From a virus (Duplodnaviria > Caudoviricetes), in IMG/VR virus record IMGVR_UViG_3300037423_000838, positions 1 to 40,299 of that record: DNA of 40,299 bases; one strand, 5' to 3'. The translations under genes and the position numbers were made by a program. The notes under the pieces were generated by a model that saw only the letters and a list, made by a program, of their open reading frames with translations, was not told the DNA's origin and did not search any database. Below, in pieces: positions 17,265 through 27,137 of this stretch (positions within the stretch are counted from its first letter, which is position 1; each line of letters begins with the position of its first letter).

Positions 17265-17926
17265 TGGCAAACGCTGATTCTGAGGGCAGACAGCAAACAA
17301 TTGTCCCTCCTAAGAGGTTACCTCCGCAGAAACCCTCTTCTGTTTTACAGGGCAATCGTCCTAGGAAGACGGGTAATGGCAATTACAGTCGGGATAAGGG
17401 ACAGAATTATGCCCGTGCTGTAGGTCGTAGGTCTAGTGGATCTAAGACTCCTAGTTCTCCTGGGCGTCCGGATAGTAAGATTATTGTTCCTCCGAGTCCT
17501 CCTAAGCCTGTAGCCCCGGATATTAATAAGTTCCTCGCTGGTGACTCTACTTATCAGCGACAGGTGGCTGCATTTGCTAAGTCTCTGGCAGATTTCCGAG
17601 CCGATCAGAACTTAGATCAGCAGGATTATCTGACTAACTACAATAACACTTATCGTGATATTGGCTTAGCTAAGGGAGACGCTTCTAAGAATCTTGAAGA
17701 TGACTATGCTTCTCGTGGTCTTCTTAAGTCAGGTCTCTATAACACAGCTTTAGGTGAGCTTAATCAGCAGTATCAGAACCAGTATACGGATCTGGATAAG
17801 CAGAAGGCTGGATACTTAGCTAATTTAGCTCAGGAACTTACTAAGTACAATAACGGCTTGGGTGTTCAGAAGGGTAATGCTTACAACGAAGCGGTACGTC
17901 GCCGAGCAGAACAGTATAACCTCTAA
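17264..17926 (+). CDS. Putative internal virion/ejection protein
   Basis: Basic P-rich N-terminus, helical C-terminus with ASRGLLKSG; GGAGG RBS. Confidence 0.6.
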   Translation: MANADSEGRQQTIVPPKRLPPQKPSSVLQGNRPRKTGNGNYSRDKGQNYARAVGRRSSGSKTPSSPGRPDSKIIVPPSPPKPVAPDINKFLAGDSTYQRQVAAFAKSLADFRADQNLDQQDYLTNYNNTYRDIGLAKGDASKNLEDDYASRGLLKSGLYNTALGELNQQYQNQYTDLDKQKAGYLANLAQELTKYNNGLGVQKGNAYNEAVRRRAEQYNL

Positions 17927-19287
17927 TGAATATTAATATTAACCAGCGTGACTGGCAGAAGTTATTGGGTGGAGGAGCTCAGCCAGGAGTTACTGGTGGA
18001 GATGCTGGGATTCCCGGAATTCTTGGGATGTTAAACCAGCAGAAGAACCCGCCAGTTATGACAGCCCCCTTTAACCCAATGCTTAACACTCAGGAATTAA
18101 TCAATCCTCAGCGTATGAATCCTTATTCTTCGGGAGCATACAATGGGGGAAACACTAGCCAATATGACACTACTTCTGATAGTGGAATGTCGGCTATCAT
18201 GGAGCAGATTACAAAGCTTTTAAATGAAGGCCCACCTAATCCGCAGTTCTCTCCTATGTCTCTTCCTAAGTTTGATCCCACTGCTTTTGAGGATCAGGCT
18301 GAGGGAATTGTAAATAGGCAGTATGACCCGGTTATTCAGAACTTAAGAAGCCAGGCTACAGCAACCCAGGGTAGAGCTAAGGGTAATCAAAAAGCTGTTG
18401 GTGATATGTATAACCAGTTGGCAGCTTATCTGGGCCAGGAAACAGCTAATCAGAATAAGTCTTATGACGCAGCTCAGCAACAGTCTGGTCAGATGTATGA
18501 AGACGAGCGTGATAAGATTGCCGCTATGTATGCTGCAGATGCTGCTGCTCAGCGTAAAGAAGCTCAAAGATTAGGAACTGAAGCCTTCGGTACTGGGGAA
18601 GCTTTAGCTCAGCAAGCTAATGATAAGACGTTTACAGAAGGTCAGTTAGGTCAAAGTAAATTAGCTCAGAATCAGGCTTTTGAGCAGCAGCAACTTGCTA
18701 TGCAGGACTATGGTAAGGCTATGCAAGGAGCTGCTAAGTCTGAAGGTGGAGAAGCACAGCAAGCTATTATTCGTCAGCTTGAAGATTACATGAACCAGTC
18801 TGACACTAACATTGCTAATGTGCAGTCTCAGGCGGCTGGATCTATTGGTGACCTGATGATGAAGTTAGCTCAGGGAACTTATGATCGTGATGCGGCTAAT
18901 GCTCAGTTTGGTTACCAGCAACAGCGTGATTACATTGGTGATCAGAATAACTTATATGATCGTAACTTAGATCTTATGATGAAGCAGCTCGAATTAACTC
19001 AGGCTGCTTCTGGTTCTGGGAGTTCTGAGAAGCTTAATCCTTGGCAGTCTACTGCTAGTTTCGCTGATCAGTTAGCTCCCGGACAGGGTCAGGATTATAT
19101 TTCAGCTATTCAGGCAGCTATGTCTGATCGTCCTGAAATTTATGCTCGATCCAAGGATGATCCAGTTCCTATGACTCCTGCTCTTTTTGCTAAGCTAATT
19201 GCAGAAAGTCAGGATGCAGGTGGCCTAGATAAGAACAAGTTAATGATGGCTGCTCAGCAGCTTTACAGTCTGCTATACGCTAAGTAG
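17926..19287 (+). CDS. Putative internal virion/ejection protein (Q/A-rich coiled coil)
   Basis: 453 aa helical protein in the typical podoviral position. Confidence 0.65.
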   Translation: MNININQRDWQKLLGGGAQPGVTGGDAGIPGILGMLNQQKNPPVMTAPFNPMLNTQELINPQRMNPYSSGAYNGGNTSQYDTTSDSGMSAIMEQITKLLNEGPPNPQFSPMSLPKFDPTAFEDQAEGIVNRQYDPVIQNLRSQATATQGRAKGNQKAVGDMYNQLAAYLGQETANQNKSYDAAQQQSGQMYEDERDKIAAMYAADAAAQRKEAQRLGTEAFGTGEALAQQANDKTFTEGQLGQSKLAQNQAFEQQQLAMQDYGKAMQGAAKSEGGEAQQAIIRQLEDYMNQSDTNIANVQSQAAGSIGDLMMKLAQGTYDRDAANAQFGYQQQRDYIGDQNNLYDRNLDLMMKQLELTQAASGSGSSEKLNPWQSTASFADQLAPGQGQDYISAIQAAMSDRPEIYARSKDDPVPMTPALFAKLIAESQDAGGLDKNKLMMAAQQLYSLLYAK

Positions 19288-19294
19288 GTAAATA

Positions 19295-22200
19295 ATGTCC
19301 TACAGTTCAGAGTATGCTGACCGGCTGAAGCGCCTGCAAGCATTAGCTTCTTTGGGAGTTAGTGCCCAGGCGCTTAGTCGCCCTGCCAGCAAAACTGATC
19401 TCGCTAATCTTATCTTACAAAAGGCTCGCTCAGACTTCAATGTCAGCGAGCCTATTAGTATGCCCAAACCCAAAAAGAATATCCTTGAAAAGGGTAAGAG
19501 TGTTGCACTAGGAATTTTAGATGTCCTGTCGCGTCCTGGTTATGCTGTAGCCAGTGCTGCTGATGAGGGATTTAATGATCCTAATGCTTCTATTGGAAGT
19601 GTAATTAAGGCGGCCGGGCAAGGAATTTCCGGTAAGTCTGATACTTCTTTTATTGACGTTTTGCAGCACCAGCACATTAACGACATTACAGAGCGGCCTG
19701 AATATAAGAGGATCCTTCGTGATTATGGTCAGAAGGAAGCTGACTATTATGCGGAGTCTGAAAAGCAGCTTGTCGAAAAGGGCGAATTAAGAGACATTAT
19801 CCCTGGTGTTGTCAACGATTTTGTCTTTGATCCTCTTAACTTAGTGGCTGCAGGCCCTGTAAAGAACGCTATTAAGGGTCTGGGTAAATCTGCCAGCGGT
19901 TTATCAGATTTGAGGGCACTGGTGGAGGGGACCGCAGAGTTAGGCTCTCCAGAGGCAACCTCGCTTGCTACAGAGGCAGTCCAGCGCCTCCCAAGCCAAG
20001 CTCAGGAGGTCCCTCAGGTTGGAGATAATTTACCTGCAGGACTATCTAAAGCTCCTGAGACTTTATCTCCTGGGAAATTAGGCGATGTTCTTTTTGCTAG
20101 CACTCAGCCTAGTAATATTGAGATGCCTAAGATTAGTACCAACTTTAAGCTTCCTCGGCCTGATAAGAAGGTCATTGAAGATGTCCCTGTTACAGCTGTA
20201 AGAGGTAAGCGGCTACAGGATCTGTTATCTACTGTCAATAGTAATCCTCAGTTTGCAACTCTTGATCATGTATTCAATAAGGATATCACTCCTAAGGAAT
20301 ACGAGGGATTAACCAAGGCTCGTGTTATTAATGAATCAGCTCAGATTGTTGATCAGGCAGCTAAATCTAATCCCTCAGCTCTAGAATTTCTATCCGCTAA
20401 GAGGCCAGGAACACTTACTCCTGTAGCTCAGAAATTTGTGGACGATTCTGTCGAAAGAGTTACTAAGGAAATTAAGGAATCGATTGCTGATCCTGTTAAG
20501 GCTAAAGCCGCAGGTAAGCAGCCGCGTCATCCTGTCTTTAATGCACCTACTCAGAACAACTTAAGTAATAAGCTTACTAATGCTGCGCGTCGTCAGTTTG
20601 AGGTAGAATCCTTTAATCCTCGTACTGGTAGTAAGATGTCTAAGGGAGCTTCTCCTACTTTTGTTCCTGCAGTTTATGACCGTTACATTACGATGCTTCG
20701 CAATGCTGAAGAATCTATGATTAGTAAGGGACGTGAATTAGGGGATGATTCGTTTTATCCGCGAGGTGGTATCCAACCATCCAGTCCATACCTTAGACTT
20801 TCTGATGTTTTGGATCGTCTCCCTGCTGATCTTGCTCGCAGTATTATCTTAGGTCCTTCTACTAAGGATAAGGTATTACCTTCGATTCTTCTTAGAGCTG
20901 TCACAGGAGATAAGAAGGCATTAGCTAGTATTGCTCGTAACAACAAGGAGCTATCAACGGCAATCGGTCAGATTGACTGGGGACCGTTGATGACTAAGGA
21001 ATACTCTTTACGAGTAATTGATGCTACTAACAAGATGCAGCCTGTCTTAGATGAGTCAGCTGACTTAGTACAGCAAGCTAAGGCACTTCCTAATAGTGAT
21101 GCTGAAAGAGCAGCAGCTACAGATGCTGTTATTAAAGAGGGTAAGAACCAGATCAAGAATGAGATGCCTGCTGTTAGAGGGACATTCTCAGATCTTCTTA
21201 GGAAAATGGCTAATCCTAAGGAAGATGTTGTACAAGGAATTATTGACTCCCGTAAGCGTAAGTTAGCTGCTGGTGTAGCTAGTGGAGTTAATGGTCAAAA
21301 GGTTGCTCAAGGTCCTAGAATTGCTACTGCTACAGCTGTTCTAGAAGATATGACTGGGCAGCCTGTAGATGCTATTCTTCCTAAGAGTCTTACTCCTTCT
21401 GATTTAGCTTGGCAAGCTTCGGAGAATTCTGCTGATGGAATCTTTGGTACGGTCCTTCGCTGGATTAAGCCTGATCTTGGGTACGAAGCCTTACGACCCA
21501 CTGTTATTAAAAATGTCTCTGTTAGAAAATCCAGTGCCGCGGTGCGGGCATCTCAATTCACCAAAATCCTTAATATGGTTCCTGTTGGGGAACATTTAAC
21601 ATTCTGGAAAGAAGCTCAAGGTGTTATCCCTGTTGTTCCTGCTCATGCTCAGGCAGTCCAGGATCTACAAAGAGTTATCGGCAACATGTTTGGCGAATCA
21701 GGTTTACTGGATAAGTTTGAAGGAAACTCTTCTGTAGCCCGTGCTGGTGTAAGTGTAAACGATTTAAATAAGCATCTTAGAATTGCTGGTATTAAGGACT
21801 TCCAGTTCACTAAGGAAGCTAAGGACCCTCTTACTGGTAAGATGATTAAGTTTGATGGTCCTATGATGCTTCAGACTTGGAAGAACTATAACCCCAAGAG
21901 TGAGAATGATCTTCGCAGATTCATCTTTGGTTTAACTCAGGCCACTGAAAATGCAATGGTTGAGTACTCAGCTTTTGCTAATATCGGTGCTCTTTGGGGA
22001 AGTAAGACTGCTAGAACTGGTTCCATAAAGGTAACAGACATGCATCCTGCAATTGACGGTATGCATTTTCCCCAGGAGATTGCTCAGCAAATTGGAAAGT
22101 TCGCGCGGGGGATTGATGAGTTTTACGAGCCACTGAGTAACAATAAGCTTTTGTCCCTTTACGACAAAGCTCTTCGTACCTGGAAATCCGGCGTAACCAT

Positions 22201-23497
22201 TTATGCGCCTAGCCACCATATTCGAAACCTGACCGGGGATATGTTTCTCGCCTGGTTGGACGGCGTAAATAACCCTATCTACTACGAGAAGGCCCGAAGA
22301 GTCCTCCTCGCTAATCACGGGCATTACTCTGACATCGATCCCCATAAGAACCCACTTAGTCAAATTCTCGGTGAAGGAAGAGAAGCTGAGATTATTGGGG
22401 AAATTATGGGTCAAGGTGATAAGCGTATCCCTAAGGGGACCAGGGTTGTCGTGAGTCCTAGAGTAGGTGGCAAGCGATACCAAGTTACGATCGATCAAGT
22501 TTATCAAATGGGCTTTAGACATGGTCTTTTCCCTCATTCAAATGTGATTGAAGATATGCCCGGGTCTGAAACTCTAATGGAGTCACTGGCTGCAAGGTAT
22601 CATCCTGGAAAAGCCGGAGTCTTTCAGCCTTTAGGCGGTAGGGGTCAAAAAATGGCCCGGGAAGTTTCTGAAAGTCGAGAACACTACGTCCGTCTTGCTC
22701 ATTTCCTTCATGCAATAGAGCATACACCTGCGAAGAATCTCCCTGAGTTGTTTGAAAAGTCAGCACAACGTGTACGGAAGTATCACCCAGATGGTCTAGA
22801 TTTAACGACAATAGAAAAGCGCGTATTACGTCGTCTATTTCCTTTTTATGCGTGGACACGAAAAGCCATTCCTCTCATTGTTGAAGGTATTGTTACTAAT
22901 CCTGCAAAGATCATGGCCTATCCTAAACTTAATAGTGCTATGCAGGAACTTGAAGGACAAGATAGTTCAGTCAGTGATCCCTGGCCAGATGATCAGTTAT
23001 TCCCTGACTGGTTAGCAGGTAACGCTATTGGTCCTATCTTTGATCCGAATAGCGCATTAGCCCATGCTGTAGCTAGAAATGATGATGAACTAGGCTATAC
23101 TCTAATTAACCCAGGTAACCCTGCTACAGATATCATGAGCCAGTACTTTAATGATCCTGTTAAGGGTGTAGGAAACTCTATCTCTCCCTTCTTAAAGATT
23201 CCCGCAGAAATTGGATTTGGACGAGACTTCCAATCTGGTGCTCCTATTGAAGACAAGACTCAATACATTGATAAGAATGTGCCTATGCTATCTACCATCA
23301 GCCGACTGACCAATGGAGCTATTGGATCTGGTTTAGCTGAAGGTGGAGACTTAAAGAATAAGGAAACTTCTCCCGCCAATATTGCTGCTATTCTTAACTA
23401 CTTGACAGGTGCAGGTATTCTGGATACAGGACGCTACATTAAGGGCGGGGAGTTCGACTTAAGAGAGCGTATTGCTAAGCAAAGGGCAGGAGGCTAG
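19295..23497 (+). CDS. Large internal virion/ejection protein, 1400 aa
   Basis: Largest gene of the module; DVLSRP, FDPLNLV, HHIRN, LFPFYAW motifs typical of large podoviral core proteins. Confidence 0.7.
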   Translation: MSYSSEYADRLKRLQALASLGVSAQALSRPASKTDLANLILQKARSDFNVSEPISMPKPKKNILEKGKSVALGILDVLSRPGYAVASAADEGFNDPNASIGSVIKAAGQGISGKSDTSFIDVLQHQHINDITERPEYKRILRDYGQKEADYYAESEKQLVEKGELRDIIPGVVNDFVFDPLNLVAAGPVKNAIKGLGKSASGLSDLRALVEGTAELGSPEATSLATEAVQRLPSQAQEVPQVGDNLPAGLSKAPETLSPGKLGDVLFASTQPSNIEMPKISTNFKLPRPDKKVIEDVPVTAVRGKRLQDLLSTVNSNPQFATLDHVFNKDITPKEYEGLTKARVINESAQIVDQAAKSNPSALEFLSAKRPGTLTPVAQKFVDDSVERVTKEIKESIADPVKAKAAGKQPRHPVFNAPTQNNLSNKLTNAARRQFEVESFNPRTGSKMSKGASPTFVPAVYDRYITMLRNAEESMISKGRELGDDSFYPRGGIQPSSPYLRLSDVLDRLPADLARSIILGPSTKDKVLPSILLRAVTGDKKALASIARNNKELSTAIGQIDWGPLMTKEYSLRVIDATNKMQPVLDESADLVQQAKALPNSDAERAAATDAVIKEGKNQIKNEMPAVRGTFSDLLRKMANPKEDVVQGIIDSRKRKLAAGVASGVNGQKVAQGPRIATATAVLEDMTGQPVDAILPKSLTPSDLAWQASENSADGIFGTVLRWIKPDLGYEALRPTVIKNVSVRKSSAAVRASQFTKILNMVPVGEHLTFWKEAQGVIPVVPAHAQAVQDLQRVIGNMFGESGLLDKFEGNSSVARAGVSVNDLNKHLRIAGIKDFQFTKEAKDPLTGKMIKFDGPMMLQTWKNYNPKSENDLRRFIFGLTQATENAMVEYSAFANIGALWGSKTARTGSIKVTDMHPAIDGMHFPQEIAQQIGKFARGIDEFYEPLSNNKLLSLYDKALRTWKSGVTIYAPSHHIRNLTGDMFLAWLDGVNNPIYYEKARRVLLANHGHYSDIDPHKNPLSQILGEGREAEIIGEIMGQGDKRIPKGTRVVVSPRVGGKRYQVTIDQVYQMGFRHGLFPHSNVIEDMPGSETLMESLAARYHPGKAGVFQPLGGRGQKMAREVSESREHYVRLAHFLHAIEHTPAKNLPELFEKSAQRVRKYHPDGLDLTTIEKRVLRRLFPFYAWTRKAIPLIVEGIVTNPAKIMAYPKLNSAMQELEGQDSSVSDPWPDDQLFPDWLAGNAIGPIFDPNSALAHAVARNDDELGYTLINPGNPATDIMSQYFNDPVKGVGNSISPFLKIPAEIGFGRDFQSGAPIEDKTQYIDKNVPMLSTISRLTNGAIGSGLAEGGDLKNKETSPANIAAILNYLTGAGILDTGRYIKGGEFDLRERIAKQRAGG

Positions 23498-23499
23498 AA

Positions 23500-24105
23500 G
23501 TGTCAAATTTAGATGATGCCTATAGGCGACTGCAGACAATTTCTCAAGGTGGAAAGTCACAGACTGACTACCAAGAAATGGCTGGCGCTAGAAGTAGAAA
23601 CTATCAAAAAGTCTTACAAGATATTGCAAATGAACAAGCTGCACGTATTAGATTCTCTGTATCAATCCCTCCACAAGATTATCAAAATCAAGGTGCTGGT
23701 GGAGTAGCAGGAGGATTACCTGGTGGTGATTGGAGATATCCACTATCAGGTAAGCTCCGTGTAACTTCACCTTATGGAGTTAATAGAGAAGGACATAAAG
23801 TAGCTCATACTGGCATTGACTGGGGAGCTGCTATGGGTACTCCTATCTATGCTCCTAAAGCTGGTATTATCAGTTCAACCGACTTCAACAAGATTTATGG
23901 TAATCGTACTATCCTAGATCTTGGGGGAGGAATTCAGGCCATGTTTGGTCATCAGTCCAAGTTTGCTGTTAAGCCTGGTCAGCATGTTAAGGCTGGACAG
24001 TTAATTGGATATGTAGGCTCTACAGGTAACTCAACTGGGCCTCATTTACACTTTGAGACCTGGGTTAATGGGAAGACAGTTAATCCCTTAAGTTGGTTCA
24101 TGTAA
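23500..24105 (+). CDS. M23 family peptidoglycan endopeptidase with N-terminal helical domain
   Basis: HTGID (HxxxD), FGHQS, GYVGSTGNSTGPHLHFE (HxH). Confidence 0.93.
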   Translation: MSNLDDAYRRLQTISQGGKSQTDYQEMAGARSRNYQKVLQDIANEQAARIRFSVSIPPQDYQNQGAGGVAGGLPGGDWRYPLSGKLRVTSPYGVNREGHKVAHTGIDWGAAMGTPIYAPKAGIISSTDFNKIYGNRTILDLGGGIQAMFGHQSKFAVKPGQHVKAGQLIGYVGSTGNSTGPHLHFETWVNGKTVNPLSWFM

Positions 24106-24809
24106 TGGCCTACATGAATCCGAAGTATATGCAGGAAGACAAAACTACAGAAAAAGAAAAAGCACAGCAACAGTTCAGAGCACAGTTATTAGGTCTTAGA
24201 CCTGCTGAAAGAGATAAGGGCGACTTTTACCAAAGAGAAGACAACATTATCCAAGGTGGCGAACAAGCTACAGCTGCTGCTATTGCTAAGAGAACTAGGC
24301 AGATGCAGGAGGAATTAAATGCTAGGCGTCAAGCTATGCTTAACTCTCCTGGTAGGACTGTAGATACTAGCGTTGGACAAGGCGTAGGACCTGATTTATC
24401 TTTCCTTGGTGGAGGAAAGGGTGGAGGTTCTGCCTTTGATAAGTTCATGGCTGCTATCTCAGGACAAGAATCTGGTGGAAACTATAGAGCTGTAAATAAG
24501 GATTCAGGCGCTCTGGGTAAATACCAGATTATGCCTGGGAACTTATCAGGTAAAGGTAGAGGTTGGGACTATGAGGCTTTAGGACGAGATGTCTCTTCAA
24601 GCCAGTTCTTAAATAGTCCTCAGCTACAGGAGCAGATTGCTCGTTATCAGATGCAGCAATACTACAATAAGTGGGGGCCGAGAGGCGCCGCTATTGCTTG
24701 GTACGCAGGACCTGGGGCAGTTAATAACAAGAACTTGAATGCTCCCCAGGGAAGTTATCCTAGTATCAATCAGTATGTAGCGGCTGTTCTGAGACGACTG
24801 GGGTTATAG
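24105..24809 (+). CDS. Lytic transglycosylase (lysozyme-like) with N-terminal helical domain
   Basis: ISGQESGGNY, SGALGKYQIMP, AAIAWYAGPG, YVAAV; TAATG overlap. Confidence 0.88.
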   Translation: MAYMNPKYMQEDKTTEKEKAQQQFRAQLLGLRPAERDKGDFYQREDNIIQGGEQATAAAIAKRTRQMQEELNARRQAMLNSPGRTVDTSVGQGVGPDLSFLGGGKGGGSAFDKFMAAISGQESGGNYRAVNKDSGALGKYQIMPGNLSGKGRGWDYEALGRDVSSSQFLNSPQLQEQIARYQMQQYYNKWGPRGAAIAWYAGPGAVNNKNLNAPQGSYPSINQYVAAVLRRLGL

Positions 24810-25256
24810 ATGCCTACTGTGATTATCTCGCCTATTAAATGGAGTAGATCACCTTTACTTAGCTTCTTGTTAGTTCTCATTTCATTCTCTGGAGTTTTAA
24901 TAGCTCTCAATGTCCAGAGAACAGCTGTAGTAAAAGATATGGAAGAACCTTGGGCTACTATCTGGGGGATAGCTTTAGCCCTTGGTTCTGCCACTTCTGT
25001 TATTGGCACTTATTGGAGAGATCAGATAGATGGAATGCTCATTGAGAGATCAGGAGCTTTTCTTTTAGGAGCATCTGCTGGTCTTTACTCCTTCCTCATC
25101 TTACTCTTTACAGACTTTAAACAGCCTCTATCAAGCATCGTTTACCTCTTATTTTCAGTGGCCTGTTTTCGCCAGGTGAAGTACATCAATGAACACTTAG
25201 GGTTGATAATTGAGGCTCTTAGAAAGAGTGAGGAGTCTGATGGGGAATCTGGATGA
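24810..25256 (+). CDS. Four-helix membrane protein (lysis cassette)
   Basis: Four hydrophobic segments; next to other membrane genes. Confidence 0.7.
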   Translation: MPTVIISPIKWSRSPLLSFLLVLISFSGVLIALNVQRTAVVKDMEEPWATIWGIALALGSATSVIGTYWRDQIDGMLIERSGAFLLGASAGLYSFLILLFTDFKQPLSSIVYLLFSVACFRQVKYINEHLGLIIEALRKSEESDGESG

Positions 25257-25590
25257 TCTCATCGTCAAAATTCTGGTTGTATTATTGACCGGAGGATATT
25301 TTGTCGAAATCGTACGGGGCATATTCCAAAGAAAGCAAGTTAAAGCAGCGGCTAATTTAAGCGATGCTAGTGCAACTCAGGTTATTGTAGCTTCTACAAC
25401 TACTCTCCTAAAGCCTCTTCAAGAGAGAATTAATGAGTTAGAGCAAGAGCTTGTTGAAGTTAGAAAGCAAGCTCGGAGAGCTATTAACCAACTGCAAGAT
25501 GCCACTGCAGAGAATAGACGGATTACAACAGAAAACCGTATGATCTCTGACGAAAATAGGAGACTACGAGCTAGATTAGGAGAAGCATGA
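25240..25590 (+). CDS. Single-TM coiled-coil membrane protein (lysis accessory)
   Basis: GAGGAG RBS; N-terminal TM helix; long heptad region. Confidence 0.7.
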   Translation: MGNLDDLIVKILVVLLTGGYFVEIVRGIFQRKQVKAAANLSDASATQVIVASTTTLLKPLQERINELEQELVEVRKQARRAINQLQDATAENRRITTENRMISDENRRLRARLGEA

Positions 25591-25847
25591 ACGCCCCAGT
25601 AGAACGTAAGGTTTATGCAGCTACTCTTGGAGCAGGAGCAGGTACCACAGTCTCTCAGTTTGGTTTATGGGCAGTAGATCAAATTTGGTGGCCAGACCCT
25701 GAAGTAGATATTCCGATTCCTGTAGCTGGGTTTGTCACACTAGTAATTACTGTTGGATTGACTTTTATTACTGGTTGGCTAGCTAAGCATGGCGATAATG
25801 AAATCGTGTACGAGGAGGACCCTGCCAATCCGCATGGTACCCTCTAA
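25587..25847 (+). CDS. Probable holin (two TM helices)
   Basis: MNAPVERKVYAAT start, two hydrophobic helices, GWLAKH and acidic tail; AGGAG RBS. Confidence 0.7.
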   Translation: MNAPVERKVYAATLGAGAGTTVSQFGLWAVDQIWWPDPEVDIPIPVAGFVTLVITVGLTFITGWLAKHGDNEIVYEEDPANPHGTL

Positions 25848-25849
25848 AT

Positions 25850-25905
25850 AGCTAAACCCCCTGTTAGAAAGCCTATTGACAAGGCCCTAGCAGGGGGTTT
25901 AGTTT
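25850..25905 (+). terminator. Terminator hairpin that also contains the whiB promoter
   Basis: 16-bp stem 25852-25867/25887-25902 (one G-U); TTGACA at 25876-25881 and TAGTTT at 25900-25905, 18-bp spacing. Confidence 0.7.
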
Positions 25906-25911
25906 GTCCTC

Positions 25912-26322
25912 ATGACAACACTGTTGGCCATAGGGATATGGCGGAAGTGGGCACAGTGCTTAGGACAAGAAGCTTTATTTCAACAAAATCCCAAAAAAGC
26001 TAAAAAAGAGATTTGCAGTAATTGCCCAGTTATAGAGCAATGTTTAAAGTACGCCTTAATTTATGATGAACACGGAATTTGGGGAGGAACTACGAAAGAA
26101 TCCCGAGAGCTAATAATTCGGGATCAACCTGAGATTCGGACGATGTTGATACAGGAGGCGAGGGCTCTTGGGATTTATGAGGTTCGGAAATCTGCTGATG
26201 ATTACTATCAGGCGATGAGGAAGACTCAGGCTCGTTACTCGAAAGAGAAAGTATTTGATCCTGTGGCGTCTCAGTGGGATTGGAACGATCCTGATACTTG
26301 GCTAGTTCAAGCAGAACTTTAA
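25912..26322 (+). CDS. whiB: WhiB family Fe-S transcription factor
   Basis: W..WAQC, AKKEICSNCPVIEQCLKYAL, GIWGGTT..R: four Cys plus the G[IV]WGG turn. Confidence 0.93.
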   Translation: MTTLLAIGIWRKWAQCLGQEALFQQNPKKAKKEICSNCPVIEQCLKYALIYDEHGIWGGTTKESRELIIRDQPEIRTMLIQEARALGIYEVRKSADDYYQAMRKTQARYSKEKVFDPVASQWDWNDPDTWLVQAEL

Positions 26323-26671
26323 GTGCTTTTGGAGGAATAGAGTACTCAGTAGGAATCTGAGATCTTCTCCACATATCGTCAGCATGCATAGGATTCCAAT
26401 AGATTCCCACTTTCTCAAGGGAAGCTATTCTGCATTCAGTTGAGCAGTTGCTGACGAATTTATATGTCGTGAGGAAAGTTTCACGACAATTAGCACAAGT
26501 TTTTCTTTTGAAAGCATCAGGTGTTTCTAAGAATAAACCAATAGCTTCAGCTTCTCGGGCGTGGCCACTAGCAAGGTGGCCACGTCTTTTTTCTTGTACT
26601 TCTTCAACAGTGATACCAAGAATTTCAGCTGTTGCCTGATCCAATTTTAGCTGTTTGGTCGATTCTTTCAA
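26090..26671 (-). CDS. Hypothetical zinc-binding protein (CxxC...CxxxC) with S/P-rich tail
   Basis: CANC and CSTEC motifs; TTG start uncertain; tail overlaps whiB antisense. Confidence 0.6.
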   Translation of the reverse strand: MKESTKQLKLDQATAEILGITVEEVQEKRRGHLASGHAREAEAIGLFLETPDAFKRKTCANCRETFLTTYKFVSNCSTECRIASLEKVGIYWNPMHADDMWRRSQIPTEYSIPPKALKVLLELAKYQDRSNPTETPQDQILSLSSNEPESSSSPDSNHQQISEPHKSQEPSPPVSTSSESQVDPELLALGILS

Positions 26672-27137
26672 CGTAGTAACACCTCATCTCATTTCTCTTC
26701 TCAATGAGATTTTTAATTAGCCAAGTATCATACAAAGATTGACCCGCGAAGTGATGCAAAGATTCGTGTGAGATCTCCCAATAAGTATGCCATTTCCCAA
26801 AGGCGAGATATTGATAGATGTATTTGTTCTTTTCTCGATTATAGAACATTTGCCATTTATCAGTACAGCCTAGCAGATTATACCAGTATCTTTGCTCAAT
26901 AGGCTCCTGAAGACTTTTCTCATTAGATAACCATACTTGAACTATTCTCCCATCCCAAAACCAAATTCTTTGTCGGGAGTAAGTATGGACGTCTAATCTT
27001 ATATCATAGTCATAAGGATCATATTCATAAAGAGGTCTTCTATTTTCATTTAGAACATTATAATGAGGGTAAGTATCTGGCCAGTCTACAAAGGTGTCAT
27101 CATATTTCTCAGGTCCACCTATGACAAGTCGTCTCAA
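26625..27137 (-). CDS. Hypothetical protein, aromatic-rich
   Basis: TTGA overlap with the resolvase stop; AGGTG RBS. Confidence 0.6.
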   Translation of the reverse strand: MRRLVIGGPEKYDDTFVDWPDTYPHYNVLNENRRPLYEYDPYDYDIRLDVHTYSRQRIWFWDGRIVQVWLSNEKSLQEPIEQRYWYNLLGCTDKWQMFYNREKNKYIYQYLAFGKWHTYWEISHESLHHFAGQSLYDTWLIKNLIEKRNEMRCYYVERIDQTAKIGSGNS

